Assembly: GCA_038087875.1 (NCBI GenBank)
Contig: CM075989.1
Coordinates: 23,810,001-23,874,000, forward strand
Source: Malacoraja senta
Lineage: Eukaryota
Length of the DNA: 64,000 nucleotides
Direction: 5' to 3'
The notes under the pieces were generated by a model. It did no database searches. It saw nothing but the letters and a program-made list of their open reading frames with translations, and had not been told where the DNA came from. Positions 1-13,721 of the stretch are shown here, piece by piece; the first letter of the stretch is position 1, and each line of letters opens with the position of its first letter. The position numbers and the translations under genes are program-made.

Positions 1-1817
1 CTATCCATGTTCCTGTCTAATTGTTTCTTAAATGTTGGGATCGTCCCACCCTCAACTACCTCCTCTGGCAGCTCGTTCCATATACCCACCACCCTTTGTG
101 TGAAAAGGTTACCCCTCAGCTTCCTATTAAATCTTTTCCACTTCACCTTAAACCTATGACCTCTGGTCTTCGATTCACCTACTCTGGGCAAGAGACTCTG
201 TGCATCTACCCGATGTATTCCTCTGATGGATTTATACACCTCTATAAGATCATCCCTAATGCTCCTTATCAATGCCTCCATCCAAGTTTGCTCAAGTCTG
301 AAGTTTCCCCCGTGTTCCCAATGTCCTGCTGTTTTTGGCAGTGTTGTAAGTTTGTCCTTTGATCTATCACGATCCCTCACAACTCTCGATAGCCACAGCG
401 GGACCACTTTTCCTGTTGGATTTCTGCCTTACACCTAAATCATGCATTCATTCTTTAAAAACTAGTCATTGCTTGTTTGCTTTTATATCTTTCTAATGCG
501 ATTTCCCAATCTGCCAAAGCCAACTCACGCCTCCTGCCTTCCTAGTCTAGCCTAGTTTAGTTTAGTTTAGAGATACAGTGCGGAACTGGGGACAATTTAC
601 ATTTACACCAAGCCAATTAACCTGCAAACCTGTACGTCTTTGGAGTGTGGGAGGAAACCGGAGATCTCGGAGAAAACCCACGCAGGTCACGGGGAAAACG
701 TACAGACTCCGTACAGACAGCACTCGCGGTCAGGATTGAACCCGTGTCTCTGGTGCTGTGAGACCCGGGTTTGATCCCGACTACGTGTGCTGTCTGTACA
801 GGGTTTTTATGTTCTCCCCATGACTGCGTGGATTCGCTCCGAGATCTTCCGTTTCCTCCCACACTCCAAAGATATACAATCAGTCGGCTAATTGGCTTGG
901 TATAAGTGTAAATTGTCCTTAGTGTGTGTAGGATGGTGTTAATGTATGGGGATCGCTGGTCAGCACAGACTCGGTGGGCCGAAGGGCCTGTTTCCACACA
1001 GTACCTCTAAACTAAAAACAATCCACGTTTGTCCAACCTCTCCTTGTGGCTACGCCTTTAAACTCTTGATTTTATATGACTTCATCTACTGAAGAAGGGT
1101 CTCGACACGAAACGTCACCCATTCCTTCTCTCCAGAGATGCTGCCTGTCCTGCTGAGTTACTCCAGCTTTCTGTGCCTATCTTCGATTAAAAACGACATC
1201 TGCGGTTCTTTGCTACACACTTCATCTGCTGTTCATTGAGTGCGGATGAGCAGGTCTTGTGGGCACATGGGCTTCGCAGCTTCCTGACAGTTCCAGTGTC
1301 CATACACTGCACTCTTCACCTTTCAGGAACCTTGGCAACATCCCGTCAGCCATGCCTTGGCTGCAGCTCTGGAAACTTTCTGTGGTCCCTTCGACAAAGA
1401 ACATGCCCTCTGTGGGCACAGACCTTTACCAGCCTCGAAGTATTCTTCCAATAACTCGTGTCAATGCACCATTCATTCGACCAGTGTATAGTGTGTCCTT
1501 TAGGCTGATAAACGTTGAGAACCTGCGACATATTTGGACACTGCCCTGAAACAACACTGTTAGATTCAGCAGCGTTCTGCCCGGGGAAATTACACTTTGT
1601 GAACTTTGCACTGAAATATCTTAACCTTGATGCTTTTTTTTCATGAACAGCATTAAGGTAATCCACACCATTCTATTAACGACTTTAACTCCATTAACAC
1701 TACTTACGGCGACATTGTGGCTCAGCGGGCAGAGCTTCTGCCTCACTAAACCACAGACTCGATTCGATCTTGACCTCCGTTTCTGTCTGTGTGGAGTTTG
1801 CATGTTCTCCCTGTGAC

Positions 1818-2345
1818 AATAGACAATAGACAATAGACAATAGACAATAGGTGCAGGAGTATGCCATTCGGCCCTTCGAGCCAGCACCACCATTCAATGT
1901 GATCATGGCTGATCATCCCCAATCAGTACCCCGTTCCTGCCTTCTCCCCATATCCCCTGACTCCGCTATTTTTAAGAGCCCTATCTAGCTCTCTCTTGAA
2001 AGCATCCAGAGAACCTGCCTCCACCGCCCTCTGAGGCAGAGAATTCCACAGACTCACAACTCTCTGTGAGAAAAAGTGTTTCCTCGTCTCCGTTCTAAAT
2101 GGCTTACCCCTTATTCTTAAACTGTGGCCCCTGGTTCTGGACTCCCCCAACATCGGGAACATGTTTCCTGCCTCTAGCGTGACCAAACCCTTAATAATAT
2201 TATATGTTTCAATAAGATTCCCTCTCATCCTTCTAAACTCCGGAGTGTACAAGCCCAGCCGCTCCATTCTCTCAGCATATGACAGTCCCACCATCCCGGG
2301 AATTAACCTTGTAAACCTACGCTGCACTCCCTCAATAGCAAGAAT
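1818..2345 (-). mobile_element. CR1/HER1-like LINE 3' fragment inserted in an HE1 SINE
   Basis: ORF 1923-2615 segment ILAIEGVQRRFTRLIPGM...NSLPQRAVEAGS; (caatagac)n tail; SINE halves at ~1706-1817 and ~2347-2545. Confidence 0.9.
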
Positions 2346-3304
2346 AGTGACCACGTGGGTTTTCTCCAGGTGCTCCGGTTTCCCCCCACACTCCAAAGAC
2401 GTGCAGGTTTTTAGGTTAATTGTCTTCGGTAAAGTTGTAAATTGTACACAGTGAATAGGATAGGGCTGGTGCGTGGGGTGATCACAGGTCGGCGTGGACT
2501 CGGTTGAACGAAAGCCCTGTTTACATGCTGTACCGCTAAAATTAAAGACAGTAATAATAGAATGATATACTAGCAAGTAGTTTGGGATATTAGCCCAGCT
2601 ATGACAAACATCCAAATCTGGATGACATGACCAGATGGGATCGCGGTAATATATTGATCCACCGTTTCTAGATTAATTGGCTGGGTATAATTGTAAATTG
2701 TCCCTAGTGTGTGTAGGATAGTGTACAGGGATCGCTGGTCGGCGTGGACTTGGTGGGACGAAGGGCCTGTTTCTGTTCTGTATCTCTAAACTAAACTAAA
2801 CTCTGCTGCGCTCCCCCATTTTAGTGCTGTAAACCATGGATGAGGGGGTTCTGGTGCAGTCACAAAGGAAGGACTCCGTGGCCTGACCTACGGATCATGT
2901 ACTCTGGTATCACCAGTGATTCACAGGGGCCTGGACATTACAAACACAATGCAACCCTGTCTGTGGTCCATGTTCCATTACTAATTTAAGAGGTGGTGCT
3001 GATCTCACCCTGGTACAACTGCTTTTTAAAACAAAGCAAAAGAAATGGTTGAAATTATTCTCAAAGCACCACTAAAGAAATAATTGATCCTAATTCTATT
3101 TTTTAATAAGATTGTCAGGGCATCAGGGTTTATGGGGAGATGGCAGGAGAATGGGGTTCGGAGGGAAAGATAGATCAGTCCTGATTAAATGGCAGAGAAG
3201 ACTTGATGGGCCGAATGGCCTAATTCTGCTCCTAGACTTATGAATTTATGAACTTAAACCAAGATACATTGCAATGGGAAGTTAATACAACTGATTTCAT
3301 TGGA

Positions 3305-3731
3305 CAATTTCGCATTAACCAACCTGATCTCCCGGTGGCCCAGCACTTCAACTCCCCCTCCCATTCCCACACAGACCTTTCTGTCCTGGGCCTCCTCCAT
3401 GGCCAGAGTGAGTCCTACCGCAAATTGGAGGAGCAGCACCTCATATTTCGCTTGGGCAGTTTACACCTCAGCAGTATGAACATTGACTTCTCCAATTTTA
3501 GGTAGTCCTTGCTTTCTCCCTCCTTCTCCTCCCCTTTCCAGCTCTGGCACAGCCCACTGTCTCCACCCCTTCCTTTCTTCTTCCTGCCCCCCACCCCCAC
3601 ATCAGTCTGAAGAAGGGTCTTGACCCAAACGTCAACTATTCCTTCGCTCCGTAGATGATGCCTCACCCGCTGAGTTTCTCCAGCATTTTTGTCTACCTTC
3701 GATTTCTCCAGCATTTGCAGTTCTTTCTTAA
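3305..3731 (+). mobile_element. Penelope-like element 3' fragment (GIY-YIG C-terminus + pseudo-LTR)
   Basis: PVAQHFNSPSHSHTDLSVLGLLH...RKLEEQHLIFRLGSLH...MNIDFS; hammerhead-like core at 3607-3633. Confidence 0.85.
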
Positions 3732-5242
3732 TCATTGGACAATTTGCACATTTGGTTGTGCAAATTAGCAGCGGATTTGCAGGCTTTCAATTTTCAATAC
3801 CGCGCAGTTCATTTTGTTAATCAACCTACATTCAAAAAAAGACATATGGAAGATATATGGAAGAGAATCAGAGGACATAGGGTTAAGTTGAGGAGGGAAA
3901 GATTTAATAGGAACCTGAGGCGTAACTTTTTTATACATAAAGGGTTTTGGGTGTTTGGAAAGAACTGCCGGAGGAGGTAGCTGAGGCAGGGACTATTTCA
4001 ACGGTTAAGAAGGAATTGGACAGGTACATGGATTGGACAGGTTTAGAGGGATAAGGGTCAAACACAGGGAAGTGGAGATGGTCAGTGTGGGCAAGTTGGG
4101 TCGAAGGGCCTGTTTCCACTCCACTCTGTATGACTCAGTGGCTCAATGTAAAGCATGCTCCAGGTCCAATCAAAGTCACCGTCATTTGAGAAAGTTAACG
4201 ATGAACAAAATGTAACCTGGGGGCATCACCATTTTGTTCCAAGAAAATCAGCGACTCTGGAGAAGAAGGAATCTGATCCATAAACAGTGGCTGCAACTGC
4301 ACTCTTGGTAGCTTTTCATAACTTCAGGAGTGTTGGTGGGTGTACAATAACGGCAGCTGTTTCATCATGCAAAGATATGCAGAGTACAGCAGCTTTTGGA
4401 GCCAAAAAGTAGCCACAGGCATGCTCAAAGTAGGAAATATGTTTTTGCTCACATAGGCAAAACAAATCACTTCCTATACTTAGATTTCAATTCATGTGAT
4501 CAGCACCATTTTATTTTAAAAAGAATTACAGTCAATGGTAAATGAGGAAATCTCGTCTAATTCATCAGAACTTCAGAGAATCAGCACCACTCTGCACTAT
4601 ATACTTCTATGCTTTTGACATGCTGTTCTTTTTTTAAGGAGTCCAAGATCGATTGTCCGACAGATTATTTTCAGAAAGCATGAGATGAACGTGTTTAAAG
4701 ATATAGAACAATTGAGTGACACAGTGTGGAAACAGGCCCTTTGGCCCAACTTGCCCACACTGGCCAACATGTCCCAGCTACACTAGTCCTACCTGCCTGC
4801 ATTTGGCCCATATCCCTCCATACCTGTTCTATCCACGAACCTGTCTAAATGTTTCTTAAACGCTGCGATGGTCCCTGCCTCAGCTACCTCCTCTGGCAGC
4901 TCATTCCATACACTCACCATTCTTTGTGTGAAAAAGTTACCCCTCAGGTTCCTATTAAATCTTTCACCCCCCCTCACCTTAAACCTATGTTCTGTGATTC
5001 TCCATTCCCCTACTCTGTGCAAAAGTCTGTGTGCGTCTACCTGATCTATTCCTCTCATGATTTGACACACCTTTATCTTTTGTACACTGTTTATCTAAGC
5101 AGATTACTGATCTAAAATGCAGTTAGAACAACTGAAGGAAGTTAAAGGAAATATTAGTTTATTATTGTCATGTGTGCCGAGGTACATGGAAAAGTATTTT
5201 GTTGTGCTATCCAGTCAATGAAAGATTGTGCATGATTACAAT

Positions 5243-5766
5243 CAATAGACAATAGACAATAGGTGCAGGAGTAGGCCATTCTGCCCTTCGAGCCAGCACC
5301 GCCATTCAATGTGATCATGGCTGATCATCCCCAATCAGTACCCCGTTCCTGCCTTCTCCCCATATCCCCTGACTCCGCTATCTTTAAGAGCCCTATCTAG
5401 CTCTCTCTTGAAAGTGCCCAGAGAACCGGCCTCCACCGCCCTCTGAGGCAGAGAATTCCACAGACTCACAACTCTCTGTGAGAAAAAGTGTTTCCTCGTC
5501 TCCCTTCTAAATGGCTTACCCCTTATTCTTAAACTGTGGCCCCTGGTTCTGGACTCCCCCAACATCGGGAACATGTTTCCTGCCTCTAGCGTGTCCAAAC
5601 CCTTAATAATATTATATGTTTCAATAAGATGCCCTCTCATCCTTCTAAACTCCAGAGTGTACAAGCCCAGCCGCTCCATTCTCTCAGCATATGACAGTCC
5701 CGCCATCCCGGGAATTAACCTTGTAAACCTACGCTGCACTCCCTCAATAGCAAGAATAGTGACCAC
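5243..5766 (-). mobile_element. CR1/HER1-like LINE 3' fragment, near-identical to 1818-2354
   Basis: ORF 5335-5766; same tail and same 5' junction agaatagtgaccac as the copy at 1818-2354. Confidence 0.9.
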
Positions 5767-6637
5767 TATCCCCTGACTCCACTATCTTTAAGAGCCCTAT
5801 CTAGCTGTCTCTTGAAAGTATCCAGAGAACCTGCCTCCACCGCCCTCTGAGGCAGAGAAATCAAACCGTCTGCCGTCTACAGAGGGTCGGGTAAAGGGAA
5901 TAATGCTTAGAGGAGATTATGAAGAGCATAGTTTGTGTAAGAAACGCTGCAGTTTTCAAGAGAGAGTTACAGCTCTTTGGGCTAATATGGGGGGAAAAGC
6001 CAGAACGGGGTACTGATTTTGGATGACCAGCCATGGTCATATTGAATGGCGGTGCTGGCTCGAAGGGGCCGAATGGCCTACTCCTGCTCCTATTTTCTAT
6101 GTTTCTATGCAGTTAAAATAAAGATTTAAAAGAGTGGACCGAATGTAATTAATGATAGATGATCCACTTCTGGGAACAGCAGACAAAGTCACCTGGGCTT
6201 CAGCGCCATGACTATGAAGAGTGAATGAATAAGGTCAACAGGTCATAAGGAATAGGAGTAGAATTAGGCCATTCAGCCCATCAAGTCTACCCTGCCATTC
6301 AATCATGGCTGATCTATCTCTCCCTCCTAACCCCATTCTCCTGCCTTATCCCCATAACCTCTGACACCCATACTAATCAAAAATCTATCTATCTCTGCCT
6401 TACAAAATATCCAGACTTGGCCTCCACAGACTTCTGTGGCAATGAATTCCACAGATTCACCAGCCTCTGACTAAATAAATTTCTCATCATGTCCTTCTTA
6501 AAAGAACGTCCTTTAATTCTGAAATGGGGATAATGGTAAAAGTAATAAGGACACTGAGAGATACCAGGATGCAAAGAGCACTGATAATAACTGGACCCCA
6601 TCGCTCCACAAAGACCATTCTCCCCAAGTACAGAGGC

Positions 6638-6859
6638 TTCTTCTGTCGTATGTCTTTTAGACCTGCAGCTCCGTTGAGGCGAGCCAGGCCAACGTGTCAT
6701 CGTCCAGGTCAATCAGACCTCGTTCACCATTCGGTGGCCGGTGTTTGGGGCAACTGGTGACTATGTGCTCCACTGTCTGTGTTGGGTCCCCACACTCGCA
6801 GGAGGCACTCGCTGTCCACGAGGCCCCACCTCTTCATCCCTACTCCATAGCGTACCGTT
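6638..6859 (-). mobile_element. 5'-truncated Vingi/Ingi-like (I-group) LINE 3' end with CCHC zinc knuckle
   Basis: Minus strand encodes (one frameshift) RYGVGMKRWGLVDS/SASCECGDPTQTVEHIVTSCPKHRPPNGERGLIDLDDDTLAWLASTELQV*, then a ~20-nt 3'UTR CATACGACAGAAGAA; 12-bp TSD aagtacagaggc at 6626-37 and 6860-71. Clade assignment is from memory of family features. Confidence 0.7.
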
Positions 6860-9800
6860 AAGTACAGAGGCCGGGCTCGAGCAAGTCCCACAGCGTGGAA
6901 ACAGGCCCTTCGACCCACATCGACAAACATGCCCCATCTACACTAGTCCCACCTGCCTGCGTCTGGCTCGTATCTCTCCAAATCTATCCTATCCATGTAC
7001 CTGTCTAAATGTTTCTTAAACGTTGTGATATTACCTGCCTCAACTACTGTACCTCCTCCAGCAGCTCGTTCCTTACACCCACCACCCTTTGTGTAAAAAG
7101 GTTACCCCATACATTCCTATTAAATCTTTCCCCCCTTCACCTTAAACCTATGTCCTCTGCTTCTTGATTCCCCTTCTCTAGGCAAAAGATTCTGTGTATT
7201 TACCTGATCTATTCCTCTCATAATTGTGTACACCTTTATAAGATCATCCCTCATCCTCCTGGGTTCCAAGTAATAAAGTTCTAACCTGTTCAACCTCTCC
7301 CTACAGCTCAGGCCCTTGCCATCCTTCTCTGTACCCTTTCTATCTTTACAGCATATTTCCCAAAACATGTTGACCAGAACTGAACACAATACTCCAACAT
7401 GGTCTCAATCAACATCTTATATAACCGTAACATAACCTCCCAACTTCTATACTCAATACTCTGACTGAAGTTATAAGGCTTAAACTTGGACCGGTACCTC
7501 CTCTGGCAGCTTGTTCCATACACCCAAAAGTTACCACTCAGATTCCTGTTAATTCTTTTCCCCTTCACCTTGAACCTATGCTCTCAATAGTACTGAGGGA
7601 AAACAATCGGAAACAATTCTGAATCCCATTGCATTGCCGTCACCAGATTGTGTCCAGCAACTAGTAACAGATTCACTGAAACGGGTTTGTATATTCTTGC
7701 CAGCTTTTCCTGAATTTCTGTACAAGGTTGTGAATTGGACGAGAACCATCGACTTGCGACAGAATAAACAACTTGTCTTGTTACATTCCATCCTGATGGG
7801 CTCAGTGAGATTCATCTTTGCTCCTACATTTGTCCACTTTACACAACGCAGCACTCAGCTGTTTATAGAGCACATCGTGTTTCAGGTATAACCTTGTAAC
7901 TTCCTGACAATCGATCAATGACAAAGCATAGCCATAAAACAATATTTCTGAAAGATGCACTAAATGCTCTCCAGAGCATTGAGAATAAAGACATATGGAG
8001 CTCTGTATAATTGCTGCTAATCTGATCGCACCTGGAATATTGTATGCAGGTCTGGTCACATTCCCAAGGAAGTTGATGCCTCTGGTACAGGGAGTTCAAA
8101 AGGCTCACCAAATTGATTCTGGAATGCTGTCTTTTGAGGGGAGATTAAGCAAACTCTGATTATTCTTGCTTGATCTTAGAACAAATGAGAGGGGATCCAC
8201 ACAACATTCACACTGGGCTTGGCACGGTGATGTGGGTCGTATTCCCCCTGCCTGTGATGTCTTGAACCACTGACTCAAGGGATGGAGAACAAGGGAAATG
8301 TCTTCACCTGGAGTTTGAAACTTTGAAATTCTCTGCTCAAGAGGGAGATGGAGGTTTAAGCGATGAGTATATTCAAGAGATTGATAGATTTTTGGATTTT
8401 AAGGAAATCAGGAGTGAGTACATGTGTGTTCAGTTTATTGTCACATGTACCGAGGTACAGTGAAAAGCTTTTGTTGCGTGCTAACCAGTCAGTAGAAAGA
8501 CAATACATGATTACAATCGAGCCATCAACAGGCTACATGATAAAGGGAATAATGTTTAGTACATGACAAAGTCCAGAAAAGTCTGATTAAAGATAGTCCG
8601 AGTGTCTCCAATGAGGTAGATGGTAGCTCAGGACCATTCTTTAGATGTTGATAGGATGCTTCAGTTGCCCGATAACAGCTGAGAAGAAACTGTCTCATAT
8701 ATCACTGAGATTAAAGATGAGTCATGTTTTCATTGAACAATGGAGCAGCAAAAGTGGTCGAATGGCTTCTTGTGCTTCTAGTTCTTATGTTCTTAAGTTC
8801 TAAACCTGCTGAGAATTACTGATGGTTTCTAGTCTAGCCAAGCATCACATTGCTAATGGGGTGCAAAAGGGTGTTTAACTTCCTGTATGAAAACATTTAA
8901 CTTCACAAGAATGTCCTCAATCAGAGTTTTGGAAAATATTATCATTACCTCCTCCCATTCCCTGATATTTTTGGTGAGCCTGATGTTCTCCCGGTATTGC
9001 CTTAACAGGCTGGATCGGCAAGTCGGGGGAGAAAAACAACCAAGTCTCTCCCTTCATTGAACATAACGGAGGTGAGGGTCGGTCTCTTCAGTTGGAGCAA
9101 AATTCTATTCGGGTTGGAAAACAAAAAAATATATAACTGCAGATGCTGGAAGTCTGAACAAAATACAAAAAAACACCAGAAATATGTAATCGCCATCGTG
9201 GAGAGAGAAACATAGTCATTGACCTTTCATCAGAGTAAGAAACATTATCCAGCAAGCTTGTTTTAATGGGCAGAGATGTGGAGGGTTGAAGAGAATGAAG
9301 GGAATGTCTGTGATAGGGTGGGGCTCGGGGGATTAACTGATGCAAATTGAGGTGCCTACACTTTATAATTGATTGTGGAAGGTTAGTAATCACAACGATT
9401 TGTCTACAGACATTAGAGATACAGTGCGGACAGAGGCCATTTTGCCCACTGAGTCTGCGCTGACCAGCGATCTCCCTGTACACCAGCGCTATCCTACGCA
9501 CCAGGAGACAATTTACGAAACCCAATGAACCTACAAACCTGTACGTGTGGGATGAAACCGGAGCGCCTGGAGAAAACCCGCGCGGCCTCAGGGAGAAACA
9601 TACAAACTCCACACAGATAGCACCCATAATCAGGATCGAACCTGGGTCTCTGCCGTTGTAAGGCAGCAACTCTACCGCTGCGCCACCATGACGCCCCAAT
9701 TGCTGAGCCTGTTCATTTTTGTTTTGGATTGCTTGCATCTACAGACCAGATGTCAATGAGCTGAATGGCAAGATTCAGTTTAGTTTATTGTCATATGTAC

Positions 9801-12800
9801 CGAGGTACAATGAAAGACTTTTGTTGCACGCTAACCAGCCAGCAGAAAGATAATAGCTCAGGACTGTTGCCTAGTTGGTGATAGGATGGTTCAGTTGCCT
9901 GATAACAGATGGTTCACTGTGTCTAGGCAAGATGATACATTTTGGTCCAATTTCTTAGGCCTCCTTCCTTACGGTACAGCATGGAAACAGGCCCTTCACC
10001 CATTGACTGTGTGCTTGCTCTCATGCCCACATTTGCAGCTATTCCATTTTATTCGCTCTACATTCCTCCTGTAGATGTCTAGTTTAGTTTAGTTTAGTTC
10101 AGTTCATTGTCAGGTGGACCGAGGTACAGTGGAAAGCTTTTTATCGTTGCACGCTATCCAGTCTATGCATGATTACAATCGAGCCATTCACAGTGTACAG
10201 ATATGGGATAAAGGGAACAACATTTAGTGCAAGATATAAAGTCCAGTAAAGTGCGATTAAAGATAGTCCAAGGGTCTCAATGAGATAGATGGCAGCTCAG
10301 GACCGCTCTCTAGTTGCTGATAGGATGGTTCAGTTGCCTGAATATGGGTGCCATCTGTGCAGAGTTTGTACGTTCTCCCTGTGACAACATGAGTTTTCTC
10401 CGGGTGCTCCGGTTTCCTCCCACATTCCAAAGACGTGCAGGTTTGCAAGTTAATTGGCTTCTGTGAATTATCGCTAGTGTGTAGCATAGAGCTGGTCGGC
10501 GTGGACCCGGTGGGCACGAGGGGCCTGTTGGCGCACTGTATCTCTAAACTACACAGCACGGGAACAGACCCTTCACCCATCCACTGTGTGCTTGCTCCCA
10601 AGCCCACTTTTGGTGCAATTCCAATTTTTTTCCTAATAGCTTCCACCACGGTCGACAGAAATGCTGGAGAAACTCAGCGGGTGAGGCAGCATCTATGGAG
10701 CGAAGGACTAGGTGACGTTTCGGGTCGAGACCCTTCTTCCTCCAGGGTCTATCATGCCCCAACTCATGAGGGACAATTTACAGTGGCCAATTAACCTGGT
10801 CAAACTGCGCCTCTCTCTGGGTAGGAGGAAACTGGAACACATACAGTCGCAAGGAAAGCATGTAGACTCCGCACTGCATGTGGGTAATGCATTGAACCCG
10901 AGTCTCTGTCGCTGTGAGGCAGCAGCCACTACCTGCGCCACTGCGACACTTTATTTTTTTTTACAGGTTGTCTTATTCCTCTTTAAGAAGCATTATGGAT
11001 TCTGCTGCCAATGTCGTTTAGTCATTAAGTCATTTCATGCTCTAACAAACCATTTATATTAAAAGAAGGAAACTCCTTACGCCTGTTGAACTATTGCCAA
11101 ATTGAAGTACTGTCTGGTTTTATACGGAAGCAATTCGTAGAGATATATACAAATAGATCATTAAAATATCACACAAAGTGCGAGGAAATCATCAGAAAGG
11201 TTGATGGCTTTTACATCCAAAGTAAAAGTCGAAGTTGTGTTGTAATAGTACATAGCCCAGCTTAGATCACCGTGTGCAATTCCAGACACACACCTTGCAG
11301 AGTATTGTCATAATTTACCCAAGGGTATGCTGGAAAGCCTTTTGGGAATCAAGTTATTCAATTGAGAGAAGAAGGCAGGAGTATTTATTTGTCATGTGCG
11401 CAAGAAATTAATCACAGTGAGGAAATTCTGACTTGCTGCAGCTCGATAGGCAAATTAGAGGCAATTATAACAATAAAGTAGTTTACACCGAAGGTAGACA
11501 CAAAATGCTGGAGTAACTCAGCGGGCCAGGTATCGTCCCTGGAGACCATGGTTTGTGCCAGGTGGTTCAAGAACCTGAGGGGAAGAAGTTGCTCTTGAAC
11601 CTGGACATGTTGGTTCTCATCCTCCATTACCACACACACTTACTGAACAGAGACGCGAGGAACTGCAGATGCTGCCACCCTGAGCAGAACACAAAGTGCT
11701 GGAGGAACTCAGCAGATGAGGCAACATCTGTGGAGGGAAAAAGTCTGAAGAAGGTTCTCGACACGAAACGTCAACTGTCTATTCCTTCTTCAGACTGAAG
11801 ACGGATCCCAACCCGAAATGTTGCCTGTCCATTCCCTCCACAGATGGTAGCTGACCCACTGAGTTCCTCAGCATCTTCTGTTTTGAATTGTAACACAGCC
11901 ATTTTTGCAGCAAAAAAGGACACAAATTGCTGGAGTAAATCAGCGGGTCAGGCCAGGCAACATCATTAGAGAACACGGACAGGTGACGTTTTGGGTCAAG
12001 ACTCTGTGACGAGTCCCGACCCAAAACGTCACCTATCCATGTTCCCCAGTGATGCTGCCTGGTTTGCCCTGACCTGACCCGCTGAGTTACTCCTGCACTT
12101 TGTCCCTTTTTGTGCAAATGGGCATCTGCAGTTCCTTGTATCTAATTTTTGCAGAAATTCTAGAAAATAAAATGCTCACAACACTTGCAAAAACACAACT
12201 GCAATCTATTTTCAGCGCGGCTGTTGTCTTCTAGTTTTCTGCTATCTATGCAACTGATCAGAGTCAATTCGCTCACTTCAGGAGCTTCTGCACCCAAACC
12301 CTTTGAAGAGACCAAACACATTTTCCAATTTGAAAGCAGCCAGGCTGCCTACAACAGGACTAAATGAGTTTGAATATCTGTCAGTGCAATCCTAAAATAA
12401 GCTGCCGATTCATCACATATTTCAATAACTCTTAGTGCTATTTATAATTGTATTGATTAGCTTGCCTCTTTCCCCAGGGCAGGATAATTATTATCAAAGT
12501 GTGCAATAACTGATCAAATACTCTGTTGAACCTCTGTGACAAATAGCTTGGTTTTTGTTGCAATCTGCGCAGGAATATTAGTGTCCTGACACAGCATCTG
12601 TCGAGTGGAGATAACTCCATTTAAATGGTACACTAATTTCTCTGACACAACTTTGCATTAATAGTTAAATATTTCAGCAGGAACGCGGGATACAAAAATG
12701 TATTGCTGCTCCCGTATCTCAACAATTAATTCACCGCAGTGCAACATGAATAACATTTTAAAGTTAATACCTTTTATTATAAATCATGCAATTGCAGAAT

Positions 12801-13100
12801 GGCAAGACAGGATCACCGCAGATTAGACAGATGCGACTGGATCAGCTAGACAGTTAACAGACTTTGCTGCCTAATTTTCCAGACAGTGACAGTACTCTCC
12901 GCAATGTGCTCCTAACGTGCTTGAACCTATGTCAATGACATTCCAAGTATCTATTCAAATGATTCTGTAAAATGAAGCTCACATACAGATCTTCCAGCTC
13001 CACTGTTGCTTATTTGTGTCTCCTGCAGTTTTACTCCAATCTTACATCACGCTATTTCCAGCATTTGTTTGTACCAGAGGAAAATAATATATTAATGAAG

Positions 13101-13410
13101 GGTTGGCACGGTGGCGCAGCGGGTAGAGTTGCTGCCTCAAAGCGCCAGAGACCCGGGTTCAGTGCTGTCTGTGCGGAGTCTGTACGCTCTCCCCGTGACC
13201 GCGTGGGTTTTCTCCAGGTACTCCGGTTTCCTCCAACACTCCAAAGACGTGCAGGTTTGTAGGTTAATTGGCCTCTGTCAATTGCTCCTAGTGTGTAGGA
13301 TGTGAAAGTGTGGGATAACATAGAACTAGTGGGAACGGGGGTGATCGATGGTCAGCATGGACTCGGTGGGCCGAAGGGCCTGTTTTCATACTGTATCTCT
13401 CAACTAAAAA
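13101..13410 (+). mobile_element. HE1-like V-SINE
   Basis: tRNA head ggcacggtggcgcagcgggtagag, V domain and CR1-type tail. Confidence 0.85.
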
Positions 13411-13550
13411 ACGAATACAATGAATGAATGAATGAATTATTATTTTTTGTTATTAATAATAAAATAACAAAGTTTGCTATGTTGGAGATTTTGTCTTAAT
13501 TATTAATAGCAATTTTGACAAATTGAACTCAAGTTTGGTTTATTCTGAGT

Positions 13551-13578
13551 CTGAAGAAGGGTCTTGACCCGAAACGTC
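13551..13578 (+). ncRNA. Minimal type-I hammerhead ribozyme core (Penelope pLTR-derived)
   Basis: CTGAAGA-A-GGGTC-TT-GACCC-GAAAC-GTC: conserved CUGANGA and GAAA boxes, 5-bp stem II, palindromic ACGT helix III, GUC triplet. Confidence 0.75.
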
Positions 13579-13721
13579 ACCCGTTCCTTCTCCCCAGAGA
13601 TGCTGCCTGTCCGGCTGAGTTACTCCAACATTTTGTGTCCACCAGTCCTTTATTCTAGTTCTTTCAAAAAATGCCCTTCAATTTTTGGTCTCTCATCAAG
13701 CTAATACACTTTTTTATTTAT

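Noticed and set aside
1222..1546. Possible minus-strand coding exon (GSVQICRRFSTF...RILRG)
   Set aside because: Weak donor and no recognisable protein; the plus strand may instead be a very degenerate Tx1-like LINE end. Neither reading is supportable.
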